Positions 9,946 to 19,280 of a DNA stretch of 37,040 bases are shown here, piece after piece (positions within the stretch are counted from its first letter, which is position 1; every line of letters starts with the position of its first letter). The translations under genes and the position numbers were made by a program. The DNA comes from a virus (Duplodnaviria > Caudoviricetes): the IMG/VR virus record IMGVR_UViG_3300039239_000012, positions 1-37,040 of that record. One strand, written 5' to 3'. Under the pieces are notes generated by a model that searched no databases, was not told the origin of the DNA, and was given only the letters and a program-made list of their open reading frames with translations.

Positions 9946-10320
9946 TCAGGTCACGGTGCCGGGCGTGCCGGTGAACATCACCGCCATGCTGGTGACGCCG
10001 TTGCCGGCTGCCTCCCACGCGATGGCGGCAGCGCCGGTCACGTCGCCAGCGGCGGGCGTGGCCAGGTTGTCGTCGAAGGCGCCCGCGCCGCTGTTGGCGG
10101 ACACGTCCCAGGTCAGCGTCTCGCCCTGGGCGATCACGGCGCCCGAGACCTTGGGCACGATGAAAACCCCGGTGCGCTTGGCCTCGAAGGGCTGGCCATT
10201 GGCGGCAGCGTGGCACGCCACCGCCAGGGTGTTGCCGATCTTGACGACCTGGCCCGAGGTCACAGCACCAGAGGCTGCGGGGACGGTGATCACGTCACCG
10301 GTCTGCTTGAAGTTGTTCAT
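9946..10320 (-). CDS. DUF2190-family capsid cement/decoration protein
   Basis: MNNFKQTGDVITVPAASGAVTSGQVV; AAGGA SD upstream; follows the capsid gene. Confidence 0.85.
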   Translation of the reverse strand: MNNFKQTGDVITVPAASGAVTSGQVVKIGNTLAVACHAAANGQPFEAKRTGVFIVPKVSGAVIAQGETLTWDVSANSGAGAFDDNLATPAAGDVTGAAAIAWEAAGNGVTSMAVMFTGTPGTVT

Positions 10321-10373
10321 GTCCGATCCTTGGAGTGGTCGAAGGAAGGGGCACCCACCGGGCGCCCCTGCAA

Positions 10374-12464
10374 TCAGTTGGCGCCGGTGGCCTTGCGCAG
10401 GCCGCGGTGGTCGATGACCTTGGCGCCGAAGTCTTCGCGGCACTTGATCGCCACGCCGTCCACCTCGAAGCCCTGCTTGGTCTCGATCACGGGCCCTTCG
10501 GCGCCGTCGAGATAGCAGTACTCGATGGTGTCCACCTGGTTGGAGTTCGCAGCCAGATACCAGGCAGTAGCGCTGTCACCATCGAGCAGCGGCTCGACCA
10601 CAGGCTCCAAGGCAGTGCGGCCGCCTTGGCGGAATTCGTTCACCTCGCCAGGCGCCGAGGGAACGTAGTTCGAACTGGTGAACTGGTAGGCGATCTGCTC
10701 CAGGTCCGTGGGCACGATCAGATAGGCCGGCGCGAGGTTGAGGGTTTCACCCTGCAGCCCCTTTTGCTTGCGCATGTCCTTGCGGCCCGCGCCCAGCTTG
10801 GTGATGTTGTCCAGCACGCTGCCAGCGCCTGCCAAGTTGCTGTGGTTGGCGTGGAACAGAGCAACGCCGTCGCCCATGGTGGGATTGCTCAGCAACTGGC
10901 TGTAGACCAGGCGGTTTTCCAGGCGGGCGGCAGAGTCGCCGAAAGCCTGGATCAGGCGGTCGAAGCCGCGCAGGTCGTCGTTCACGATGGCCTGGCGCGT
11001 CAGCGGCACGATGCGGCCATAGGTCACCACCTTGTAGGACTCGCCGGAATCCTTCAGCGTGCCGTAGGTGAACTCGCCATGCTCGTTCGTCTGCAGCAGA
11101 TCAGGAGCCCCCGACAGCTGCACCACGTCCATGCTCTTGAAGTCCGCTGCATTCGGCGCGCGGCGGGCCCAAATTGCATAGGTCGAGCCGGCCTGTTCGT
11201 AGGCGGCGCGCAGGCGCCGGCTGGCTACGTTGGACAGCAGGTTCGCAAAGTCGCCCGTGCCCTGCATGCCCGCCGAACGGACCTGCAGCATGCGCTCGGC
11301 AATCTCCATGCGGGTCAGGCCGCGGGTGTTGCCGCCCGCGCGCTCGATCATGTCGCGGCCCAGCTCCACCAGGCTGAACCCGCGGTATTGGCGACCGTTG
11401 TCGGTCAGCTGCGCCGATGGATCAACACGGTTTGCGAGCGCTTCCTGCATACCTGCCATGCGGGTATCGGTTTCGTCGCGCACGGTCTGCACGACGGTGT
11501 TCTGGTGGCCGCCGGCTGCAGCGTCGCGCGTTGCCAGTTCGTCCAACACGGCAGCGCGGGCGGCTTCCACAGTGCCACCAGCACGGATCAGGCCGCTGGC
11601 CAGGTGGGCCACACCATGGCGCTGGCACAGGTCCGCGATGTCAGCGGCGCGGGTGTCGGCCGCGGGCGCTACCGGCGCTGGGGCTGCAGCGGTGGCCACG
11701 GGTGCGGCGGTAGATGCTGGCGCGGTGGTGCCGCCGGCGGCGTTCAGGTCTTGAGGCATGGAACGTGTTCCTTCGGTTGAGGTTTCGGCGGTCGAGCCCA
11801 CCGTGGGCGTGGAAGGGTTGGCGCGGGTTTCGATGAACTCGCATGGGAAGGTGCGGAGCTGGTGCTCGGGGCCATCGGCGCCCGGCTGCTGGCCGTCGGC
11901 GCGAACCTGGCTGCCCGCGTCCGCGGGGATGGGAACGAGGGAGACCTCCATGGGCTCCCAATCGATGACGCGGTACTCCCACACACCGCCGTCTTCTGCG
12001 GGAGACACCATCTCGATGCGGTGGCGGATGTACCCCACCGACACGTTTCGGATGATTCCGTCGGCCACGTCTTGCACGTAACCGGCCACCGATTCGCGGC
12101 GGCTAAAGGTCACATCGCAGGTGCCTTCGCCATTGCGAATGGCGGGGTTCTCGACCACACCCAACTGGGCCTCCAGGCTCCACTGGTTGTGCGAGTTCAG
12201 AAGGGGCGCGCCGCGCTGCAGGCGATCCAGGCGGATGGAGCTTTCGTCCACCACCAGGGTCTCCATGAAATAGCGGTCGCGCATCCAGTCATAGCGGCGG
12301 ACAGGAGCCCCCGTCGTGAAGACCAGCGAGGCGGTGGCCAGGGGTGCGTCGGGCTGAGCTTCATCGCCCGCAGCGCGCGTGAAATGGCGCAGTTCCATGG
12401 AGCGCCCAGCGAGGGGCAACTCATCGCGGCGCGTCGCTGTGGTGGTGCTATCGGTTTGCGGCAT
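10374..12464 (-). CDS. Prohead protease-major capsid protein fusion
   Basis: N-terminal HK97-type protease motifs (PLLNSH, NVSVGY, WEPMEVSLVPIPAD), Ala/Pro linker, C-terminal capsid domain (TYGRIVPLTRQAIVNDDL, DFGAKVIDHRGL). ATG 12464 preferred over GTG 12473. Confidence 0.92.
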   Translation of the reverse strand: MPQTDSTTTATRRDELPLAGRSMELRHFTRAAGDEAQPDAPLATASLVFTTGAPVRRYDWMRDRYFMETLVVDESSIRLDRLQRGAPLLNSHNQWSLEAQLGVVENPAIRNGEGTCDVTFSRRESVAGYVQDVADGIIRNVSVGYIRHRIEMVSPAEDGGVWEYRVIDWEPMEVSLVPIPADAGSQVRADGQQPGADGPEHQLRTFPCEFIETRANPSTPTVGSTAETSTEGTRSMPQDLNAAGGTTAPASTAAPVATAAAPAPVAPAADTRAADIADLCQRHGVAHLASGLIRAGGTVEAARAAVLDELATRDAAAGGHQNTVVQTVRDETDTRMAGMQEALANRVDPSAQLTDNGRQYRGFSLVELGRDMIERAGGNTRGLTRMEIAERMLQVRSAGMQGTGDFANLLSNVASRRLRAAYEQAGSTYAIWARRAPNAADFKSMDVVQLSGAPDLLQTNEHGEFTYGTLKDSGESYKVVTYGRIVPLTRQAIVNDDLRGFDRLIQAFGDSAARLENRLVYSQLLSNPTMGDGVALFHANHSNLAGAGSVLDNITKLGAGRKDMRKQKGLQGETLNLAPAYLIVPTDLEQIAYQFTSSNYVPSAPGEVNEFRQGGRTALEPVVEPLLDGDSATAWYLAANSNQVDTIEYCYLDGAEGPVIETKQGFEVDGVAIKCREDFGAKVIDHRGLRKATGAN

Positions 12465-12484
12465 GACCGGCACGATGCCGATTT

Positions 12485-12515
12485 GCCTGTCTCAAATCCC
12501 TCAAAACTGAGACGA
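12485..12515 (-). promoter_or_regulatory. Late-promoter box 1 (GTCTCA-N13-TGAGAC)
   Basis: 28/31 identical to 14335-14365; lies just upstream of the capsid gene; -10-like CATCGT follows on the minus strand. Confidence 0.7.
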
Positions 12516-12518
12516 TCT

Positions 12519-14063
12519 TTAGGCCGCCTTCTTGGCGGGCGGGCTGTCGTTGCTGGCCGCGTCCACTTCGGACGGTGCGCGCCCCTTCTGCAGCAACAGC
12601 AGCAGGTCCAGGATGCCAAGCGACTTCAGCTTGTCCAGGTCTGTCTTCAGTTCGGCGAACACGGCATCGGGCTTGTAGCCGCGCTGGCGCAGCTTCTCGC
12701 TGAAGCTGGCCAGGCCGCCGGCGATCTCGGCCAGGTCGGCCTGCGCGTCCTGCAGCGGATTCGGCGAACTCCACTTCGGTGTCGTGTGGTCCACCCCGTA
12801 CTCGGTGCTGCCGATCAGCCCGGCAAGGTAGGCATGCTCCACGAACATGCGGCACACCGCATCGCACCAGGTGGGGATGAAGCTCAGCCACTGCGTCATC
12901 TCGACATCGCGCCGGAAGTCGTTTTGCCGCATGCGCGCGCTGCTGAAGTTCACTTCGCTCATGTCCCCGGTCATCATCTCGTAGGTGACGCCGAAGCCGG
13001 CCGCGATGATGTGCAGGCGTTGCTTCACATACTCGACGTAGCCCGGGGCGGCCTTGGGCTCAACGATCTGGAAGCTCATGCCCTGGGGCATCTCGAGGAT
13101 AGAGCCGCTGGGTAGCGCGCCAAGGTCACCGGTGCGCGCCACATCCCCGCCCTCCCCCTCGCCCGACCCGCCTGCAGGGTCCTCCTGCATGGCCGACGTG
13201 TCCCCGGTGGCCAGCACCGCCAGTCGGGTTTCCAGGTTCTTGCGCTGCGCTTCCGCGTCCTCATACAGGTGCAGGTCGCGCACCGACGGGATGACCGGCG
13301 CCAGGCGGGTAATGCCGCGGCCCTGGCCCGGGCGGTCGGGATTGAATAGGTGGATGATCTGGCCAGCCGGAACAGGGCGGCTTTCCGTGCGGAAGCCCAC
13401 GCGTCCGAGGATGCGGGTTACCCAGCTGTCGCCGGGGTGCGAAGTGAAAAGCCAGTAGGCCACCTTGCGGCCCAGCGGGTCGTACTCGATGCCGTTGATC
13501 ACCTGGTTGTTGCCGCGCATTTCGTTGCGCTTGCTGTCGAGCCAGTCGATCTCCAACATCTGGAACTGCAGGGGCACGGGCAGCCCGTCGGTCGGTCGGC
13601 GCGTGCGCGCGCGCAGCAGCACCTCCCCATCACCTTCCATGGTGCGATAGCCGAGCGCCTGCTGGCCATAGACGTTGGTGCGGCCATCGGCGTCAGCGAA
13701 CGGGGCCCACTTCGTCCACAGGGCATTCAGCACCGTGGCGTGCGGCCCGGTGAACAAGGGGACGATCCCCGTCCCCACGGTCTGCGCGACCAGGGCGCGC
13801 ATGCCCTGGGCGATGTATGGAACGTTCTGCTGCAGCGCGCGCGAGCGGATGCGCAACTGTTCGGCGTCGGCCTGGTGATCAGCGTTGGCGCTGGCCCCGC
13901 CTCGGCGTGGATTCCATCCGTCCTTCTTGTTGGCCCCCTCATAGGCGCGGCTCGCGCGGTGCAGCATCTCGCGCGCGACCGTGCGGCGCAGGCCGGCGCG
14001 CGGGTTGAAGTAGCCGACGATTGCGTCAACGATGTTGCGGCGGGCGTGAGCGCGGCGTGCCAT
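12519..14063 (-). CDS. Portal protein, lambda family
   Basis: 514 aa; RAYEGA, GIEYD..GRKVAYW, RPGQGRGI, VNFSSAR motifs. Confidence 0.95.
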   Translation of the reverse strand: MARRAHARRNIVDAIVGYFNPRAGLRRTVAREMLHRASRAYEGANKKDGWNPRRGGASANADHQADAEQLRIRSRALQQNVPYIAQGMRALVAQTVGTGIVPLFTGPHATVLNALWTKWAPFADADGRTNVYGQQALGYRTMEGDGEVLLRARTRRPTDGLPVPLQFQMLEIDWLDSKRNEMRGNNQVINGIEYDPLGRKVAYWLFTSHPGDSWVTRILGRVGFRTESRPVPAGQIIHLFNPDRPGQGRGITRLAPVIPSVRDLHLYEDAEAQRKNLETRLAVLATGDTSAMQEDPAGGSGEGEGGDVARTGDLGALPSGSILEMPQGMSFQIVEPKAAPGYVEYVKQRLHIIAAGFGVTYEMMTGDMSEVNFSSARMRQNDFRRDVEMTQWLSFIPTWCDAVCRMFVEHAYLAGLIGSTEYGVDHTTPKWSSPNPLQDAQADLAEIAGGLASFSEKLRQRGYKPDAVFAELKTDLDKLKSLGILDLLLLLQKGRAPSEVDAASNDSPPAKKAA

Positions 14064-14065
14064 GG

Positions 14066-14275
14066 TCAGTCCCCCCGCAAGGTCTTGAACTGGAAGCTCA
14101 GCAGCCGGCGACGCCCGGGCCGGCTGGCGGCCAATTCAGCTTGCGCGTCGTCCCGCGCTTTCATGAGCTCGCTGATGCTGCGAAAGGTGACGGAGCGGCC
14201 GTTGTAGGAAACGGTTTGCTCGCCGCTGCGAATGGCGGCGTTGAGTCGGTCGATATCTGCCTGGGTGACGGCCAT
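14066..14275 (-). CDS. gpW-like head-to-tail joining protein
   Basis: 69 aa before the portal; AIRSGEQTVSYNGRSVTFRSISEL; GAGGA SD. Confidence 0.88.
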   Translation of the reverse strand: MAVTQADIDRLNAAIRSGEQTVSYNGRSVTFRSISELMKARDDAQAELAASRPGRRRLLSFQFKTLRGD

Positions 14276-14334
14276 GGTGGTTCCTCGTTCCCACCAGCCG
14301 AGCGGCGCGGAGGGTCCGCCGACCGTACCCAGGA

Positions 14335-14365
14335 GCCTGTCTCAAATCCCGAAAAGCTGAGACGA
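14335..14365 (-). promoter_or_regulatory. Late-promoter box 2 (GTCTCA-N13-TGAGAC)
   Basis: Near-identical to box 1; directly after the Mor-like gene and upstream of gpW; -10-like TACGGT at the same spacing. Confidence 0.7.
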
Positions 14366-14367
14366 CT

Positions 14368-14742
14368 TCACGAGCCCCGCCCTGCTCCACCCTTCGGGGG
14401 TAGCCGGGCCTGCTTGATGAAGCGGTACACGGACGCCTTGGAGATCCGCAGCCGGCGCGCCACCTCCACTGCATTGCGCCCGTTGAACAGCGAGAGCACC
14501 TCCTGCACCAGGCGCTGGCGGTCGGTGGCGCCGCGCGCGGGGATGTAGACGGTCTCGCCGCTGAACTCCTCGCGAACGGCGGTCTTGGCCTGAGCGAACT
14601 GTTCGCCCGCGATCTGCGGGAACTCGGCCAGCAGGTACTCGAAGATCCGGTCCACGAGGTCCGGCTCTTGCGCGACCAGGTCGGCCAGCGGTGGCGGTGC
14701 AGGGGTGGCTTTGCCTGGGGTGGTAGTCTTGGTTTTGGTCAT
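14368..14742 (-). CDS. Mor/C-like transcription activator with C-terminal HTH
   Basis: EFSGETVYIP and FNGRNAVEVARRLRISKASVYRFIK match the Mu Mor/C pattern. Confidence 0.8.
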   Translation of the reverse strand: MTKTKTTTPGKATPAPPPLADLVAQEPDLVDRIFEYLLAEFPQIAGEQFAQAKTAVREEFSGETVYIPARGATDRQRLVQEVLSLFNGRNAVEVARRLRISKASVYRFIKQARLPPKGGAGRGS

Positions 14743-14745
14743 GGG

Positions 14746-16824
14746 TTACCCGAGTCGAGCGAGTTTGGAAGCGGGGGCCGGCGCCGGTCGGCGCGGCTTG
14801 GGACGGGGGGCGGCCGGCGGGGGCGGCGGTGCAGGCGGGTCGCTCTCGGCTTGTTCGCTGACCGGCAGGGGCCGGGGGGCGCGCGGCTCCAGGCCGAGCT
14901 TGCGCTCGATGGCGCGCCAGGCGGCTTCAGACTTCGTGTGCAGCGCCATGCGGTGCGCCACGAACAGGGCGTAGACCGTGCAGTCCAAAGCCTCATTGCG
15001 CAGGCGGTTGACGTTCACCCAGCGCGTCACCATGCCCCGGGCCGTGGCGGTCGGGACGCGGCTCTCGGCTGTCAGCTGGGAGTAGAAGGCGGCGGGCAGC
15101 TGGTTGCTGAAGTGCACGTAGCCGGGCCCGGGGTTGCGCACCTTCAGGCGAGCGAACAGCAGGTCCTTTGCCGTGTCGGCGCCCACATACCAGAGCTTCA
15201 CGCCCTTCTTGATCACGCTGCCCTTGTAGTTCACGTCCTGGGCCTTGTGGCCCGCGCTGATGGGCTGGCCCGGCGTCGGATCACCGCGCACGCCGAAGAC
15301 GCGCACCTTCTCGCGGAAGCGCACGAAGTTGTAGCCCTGGTGGGTGAAATGGCCCATCATGTCGATGCCCACGCCCTGGATGGCCATGGGCGCGCCGCTC
15401 TCGTGCGTGTAGACGGTCTGCAGATATGGCGCCAGCTTGCTGGTCCATTCCTCATCGACAGCGGGGTCCGCGGGGATGACGGCATAGTCCACGCACCACA
15501 TCTCTTCCCCGCGGCCGATGGCCCACACCACCACCTCGAACCGGTCATCCTGCACGTCCACGCCGGCCACCAGCACCAGGCCACCCATGGGCACGGCGCG
15601 CAGCGCGAAGGCCTCGGCGCGCTCCTGCAGGGCGTCGGCCTCCAGCTTCTCGGACTCGTCGTCTTCCCAGGTCTCGCCCAGGGTCTCATTGATCCAGCCC
15701 ATCAGCGGGCCCTTGTCGCCCGTGCGGCGCTTGGCCATGGCGTTCAGGAACTCCGAGACGATCTCGGCCCAGGTCGCCTGCGGGCTGTAGGCCGTCCACA
15801 CCTTGAACGCAACATGCCGCGGCGGGCGCGTGGGCATGCCGGCGGCATCGCGCCAGGTGCGATCCGCACCGAAGCGCCAGGCGCCGCACTCGCTGACCCA
15901 GGCGCCCATGGGGGCGATGCGCAGGTAGTCGGCCTGGCTGATCTTGCCGTGGCAGTGGTGGCACTGGTGCCACACCTCGCCCGGGTTCTCCTTGTCCCAC
16001 TTGAAGCCGTAGGCCTTGTCCTCGCCGCCCCAGGCCAGGGGGTGCTCCAGGCCGCAATGCGGACAGGTCACCTGGTAGTTCATGCGCGCCTGCGCCACCA
16101 GCACCCGGCCCTCGACGTGGCTCAGGCCCTTGATGCGCGGCGTGCTGCCCAGGATGTGCTTCGGGAAGGTCGCGCCCTCCAGGCGCTTGCGGCTGAGCGT
16201 GACGGGATCGGCGGCCTTCTCGATGATCTGGTCCATGCCGTCCACCTCGTCCAGCTTGGCGCTGGCCACGGTGATGCGGCGGAAATTCTTCGAGGCCGTG
16301 GCCCCCAGCAGGTGCAGTAGCGAGCCGAGAAAGGCCTTCAGCTTCAGCGTGTTCTCTTTGCTCTTCTTCTTGAACGCCGGGAAGATCTTGCGCATGACCT
16401 TCACGTCGCGCAGCATGGGCTCCAGCTCGGTCTTGGTGAAGCTGTCGCTATCCGAGTCGGTGGGCTGCCACAGCGCCTGGTTGCGCTTCTTGTGGTGGGC
16501 GTCGTAGGCGATGCTGGCCAGCAGCATCTTGGTGTAGCCCACGCGCGCGCTCTTCTGGACATCGACCTCGAAAATCCGGTCGTCGCCCATGGCATCCATG
16601 ATCCCGGGCTGAAACGGGTACGGGATCCATCGCTGTTGCTTCTGGCTGGACTCGGCCGACAGGTAGAAGTGCTCCTCGGCCCAGCGCGACAGGCTGACGG
16701 GGGTCTCCACCTTCAGGATGGAGAACCCCTTGCGCATGGCCTTGGTGATCGCCGATAGAGTCTCGTCGTTCAGCACCTCCACATCGGTGAGGGGGAAGTC
16801 CGCCTCGAAGTCGCGCGCGCCCAT
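14746..16824 (-). CDS. Terminase large subunit, lambda GpA family
   Basis: KSARVGYTK Walker A, LDEVD Walker B, CPHCG...CHHC, AGVDVQDDR, RNEALDC. Confidence 0.96.
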   Translation of the reverse strand: MGARDFEADFPLTDVEVLNDETLSAITKAMRKGFSILKVETPVSLSRWAEEHFYLSAESSQKQQRWIPYPFQPGIMDAMGDDRIFEVDVQKSARVGYTKMLLASIAYDAHHKKRNQALWQPTDSDSDSFTKTELEPMLRDVKVMRKIFPAFKKKSKENTLKLKAFLGSLLHLLGATASKNFRRITVASAKLDEVDGMDQIIEKAADPVTLSRKRLEGATFPKHILGSTPRIKGLSHVEGRVLVAQARMNYQVTCPHCGLEHPLAWGGEDKAYGFKWDKENPGEVWHQCHHCHGKISQADYLRIAPMGAWVSECGAWRFGADRTWRDAAGMPTRPPRHVAFKVWTAYSPQATWAEIVSEFLNAMAKRRTGDKGPLMGWINETLGETWEDDESEKLEADALQERAEAFALRAVPMGGLVLVAGVDVQDDRFEVVVWAIGRGEEMWCVDYAVIPADPAVDEEWTSKLAPYLQTVYTHESGAPMAIQGVGIDMMGHFTHQGYNFVRFREKVRVFGVRGDPTPGQPISAGHKAQDVNYKGSVIKKGVKLWYVGADTAKDLLFARLKVRNPGPGYVHFSNQLPAAFYSQLTAESRVPTATARGMVTRWVNVNRLRNEALDCTVYALFVAHRMALHTKSEAAWRAIERKLGLEPRAPRPLPVSEQAESDPPAPPPPPAAPRPKPRRPAPAPASKLARLG

Positions 16825-17360
16825 CAGTCGGCCGCCTCGTCGTCTTCGTCGTCGTCATCCTCGGCCGTCGGGTCCTCCACCAGGTCGAGCTCGGCGGTGT
16901 CGTGCACCCAGTCATTGCGCGCCTGGGCGATGGCCTCGCGCAGCGCCTCCACGGCCTCGAATGGCAGTTCGGGCACCTTCTTGAACAGCTCGCCGGGCAG
17001 GGCCTCCAGCTTGGACACCAGGGCGGCGCTGGCATTGGCCAGGGTCTTGGTGAGCAGCCCGATAGCGGCCCACTCGCCCAGGTCGCGCAGGTTCTTGATG
17101 CGCTGGCCCATGCGCTTTTCCCGGTCGAGCTTGGCCTTCTCCTGGCCAGGGTCGAGCCCACCCTCGGCCGGCGCGCGCCCGCCGGCCACCTCGCGCAGGT
17201 TCTCGCAGTACGCCGCGATCTGCTCGCCGATGGTGTCGCCGCGCTGGATCACGCCCTCTTTCACCAGCTGGCTGATCCGCCCCTCGCTCAGGTTCAACAC
17301 CGTGGCCAGGGTCTGCTGATCGCACTTCAGCTCCATTGCCTCCAGAACCGTCCGATTCAC
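16824..17360 (-). CDS. Terminase small subunit (Nu1-like)
   Basis: N-terminal wHTH QQTLATVLNLSEGRISQLVKEG, coiled coil, acidic tail; overlaps terL start; exact start uncertain. Confidence 0.85.
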   Translation of the reverse strand: MNRTVLEAMELKCDQQTLATVLNLSEGRISQLVKEGVIQRGDTIGEQIAAYCENLREVAGGRAPAEGGLDPGQEKAKLDREKRMGQRIKNLRDLGEWAAIGLLTKTLANASAALVSKLEALPGELFKKVPELPFEAVEALREAIAQARNDWVHDTAELDLVEDPTAEDDDDEDDEAAD

Positions 17361-17460
17361 TTTAGGCCCCTTAGAGCGTTGGCATTTAGCAACAGAGCAT
17401 GGCCCGAATTACCCGTGCGGCACCCCTCCTGGGAGGACCCGCGCTCGCATTTTGATAGCG
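17361..17460 (-). other. Putative cos packaging region with cosQ-like GGGTCCT (17434-17440)
   Basis: Non-coding DNA upstream of terS containing the exact lambda cosQ heptamer on the minus strand; GpA-type terminase. Confidence 0.55.
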
Positions 17461-17559
17461 TCGCGTGCGCACAACACACCAGAATTCCGTGGCGTGCACG
17501 CAACAGTTCGTACCCTGCTGCTGTGGGCTGCATGTGTGGGTGAGGCGCTGGGTGCTGGG

Positions 17560-18360
17560 TCATTCGCCGGCCACCTGCCTGATGCGGAAGCGCACACGCT
17601 TGTCGAGGTATTCCTGCAGGTCTGCCTCTCGCGCGATCTGGTCCTGGTTGATGCGCGCTGTGTACGTGCCATTGCGAACGAACATGAGCACAGGCTTCAC
17701 ATCGACCCCGTGTGTGCCACTGGCTGCCCATATGCCAGGGGCCAGGTGCTGCCCACGCATGCGGCCATAGGACACGAAATACTTCCTGCCCGTGGTCTTG
17801 GCCGTGCCCTTGTGGATGGCACGCTTGCGCTTGTCTGTCATGTTGGCGCGGTAGCCCTGCTCCCCACTGGCCTGCAGGTAGCTGATGAGCTGGGCCACGA
17901 ACGCCCCCCGCATGTTGCCCCGGCCGTCGTCGCTGCCTGGGTAGGGGGTCTTGGGGATAGCGGTCTGGTAGCCGTTGGGCAGGATACCGGCACGGCGCAG
18001 GGCCACCTCGCTGCGCTTGTCCGCACGCTTGCCCCCGTGTTCCTGGGCCTGCAGCACGTCCTGCGGATCTACCCCCACCTTCCCGCCCTTGGTGGGCAGG
18101 CGCTGGGTGTGCAGCGTGGGGGCGATGGCCACGCTCAGGTTATCGGGTGTGGCAGGGAATACCTTCGGTGCGCGCTCGATGAACGGGGTCACGCGATCGA
18201 ACTTCGTGCGCATGGCGGCCTGCTGGGCGCGGCGGCCGTGAAAGCCGGTGTCGTTGAGTGCCGCCGCATAGGCGCCCTTGGCCTGGGGGCCGGACAGCGT
18301 GCCGAGCAGCTTCTCGACCGCGGGCTGGCCCTTGATCTGGATGTTGAGCTTCACTGCCAT
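17560..18360 (-). CDS. Putative neck/tail-completion protein (lambda gpZ-like)
   Basis: MAVKLNIQIKG start, AAALNDTG...FDRVTPF motif, basic protein. Confidence 0.6.
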   Translation of the reverse strand: MAVKLNIQIKGQPAVEKLLGTLSGPQAKGAYAAALNDTGFHGRRAQQAAMRTKFDRVTPFIERAPKVFPATPDNLSVAIAPTLHTQRLPTKGGKVGVDPQDVLQAQEHGGKRADKRSEVALRRAGILPNGYQTAIPKTPYPGSDDGRGNMRGAFVAQLISYLQASGEQGYRANMTDKRKRAIHKGTAKTTGRKYFVSYGRMRGQHLAPGIWAASGTHGVDVKPVLMFVRNGTYTARINQDQIAREADLQEYLDKRVRFRIRQVAGE

Positions 18361-18521
18361 GCGGCCCCCTCGCATCGGTACTGGGCCACCAGCACCCAGG
18401 CTTTGCCCACGAGCATCGGCTGCAGGCCGGTCTGCACGAGTCGCCCCCCACGCTCAGCACACGAAGGCTTGCGTTCGCAGCCTGCGAGCAGCACCAGCAC
18501 GGCCAGCGCGGTACACCGCAT
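18351..18521 (-). CDS. Small predicted lipoprotein
   Basis: MRCTALAVLVLLAGC signal peptide with LAGC lipobox. Confidence 0.5.
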   Translation of the reverse strand: MRCTALAVLVLLAGCERKPSCAERGGRLVQTGLQPMLVGKAWVLVAQYRCEGAAWQ

Positions 18522-18526
18522 CAGGT

Positions 18527-18853
18527 TCAGCACGGCAGTTCCCCCGTCTCGACAAAGTGCGCGAGCACGGGCAGCAGCTCGGCCACCTGCTCGCGCGAGA
18601 GGTGCATGCGCGTGGTCAGGGAGACCGCGCCAGGGATCGGAAATGGCACCCAGCCGGTGCGCTCTCCGGTTTGCACACCATGCGCGGCGGCCTGGCTGGC
18701 GAGGATCAGGGGTTCGGCCGCATCCACCCCCAGCCAGACCATGGGCTCAGCTGCCGCGCTGCTCTTCTGCAGGCTGCAGGCGACCCCATAGCCGTCGGCA
18801 AACTGGATCAGCGCGAATCCGCGTGCCGTTTCACTTCGCTTCATGTTCACCAC
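18527..18853 (-). CDS. Phage hypothetical protein
   Basis: RGFALIQFADGYGVACSLQKSSAA...WLGV...TRMHLSREQV, a recurrent phage small-protein pattern; overlaps the upstream ORF. Confidence 0.7.
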   Translation of the reverse strand: MVNMKRSETARGFALIQFADGYGVACSLQKSSAAAEPMVWLGVDAAEPLILASQAAAHGVQTGERTGWVPFPIPGAVSLTTRMHLSREQVAELLPVLAHFVETGELPC

Positions 18854-19043
18854 CTGCCTCCTGTTCTTCCGCGCCCTTCTGGCGCTGCATTTCCTCTGTG
18901 AGCAGCTGCGGCAGGTCCGCCAGCACGCCCAGCGACTCCCTGGCGTAGCGCTTCGCCGCCCACCAGGCGTAGGCCCGGTCCACCTGGGCCAGCGCCACGC
19001 AGTGCGCCAACATCACGCGCCTGTGCTCCTCTAAATTCACCAC
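18831..19043 (-). CDS. Hypothetical protein
   Basis: 70 aa helical ORF, GAGAGAG SD-like sequence, fits the operon. Confidence 0.55.
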   Translation of the reverse strand: MVNLEEHRRVMLAHCVALAQVDRAYAWWAAKRYARESLGVLADLPQLLTEEMQRQKGAEEQEAGGEHEAK

Positions 19044-19089
19044 CGCTCTCTCTGCACATCTACCCCCTGTGTCTTTCCCCGTATTCCTG

Positions 19090-19280
19090 CCTTCTGGTGG
19101 ACGGACCTAGCCATTCCTGGAGGTCCTTCACTACTGCCCTCCGGAGCCACGTAGACCCGCCAGACGTTCGGGGCAAGGGCTCTGGCTTCGCCACCCTTTG
19201 CTGTCTCTCAGCCCCTAATCCCCCAGTCAGCTATCCCCTGGTGCCTGTCGTTAAACCATTGCCGACGCATCCAGGCGGCA
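19090..19280 (-). other. Structured non-coding element (ncRNA or ssDNA origin candidate)
   Basis: Several nested complementary segments in a ~280-bp gap after the primase-like gene (see findings). Confidence 0.5.

Noticed and set aside
19090-19170. Hammerhead ribozyme reading of the three-way junction
   Set aside because: The CUGANGA and GAAA core is absent
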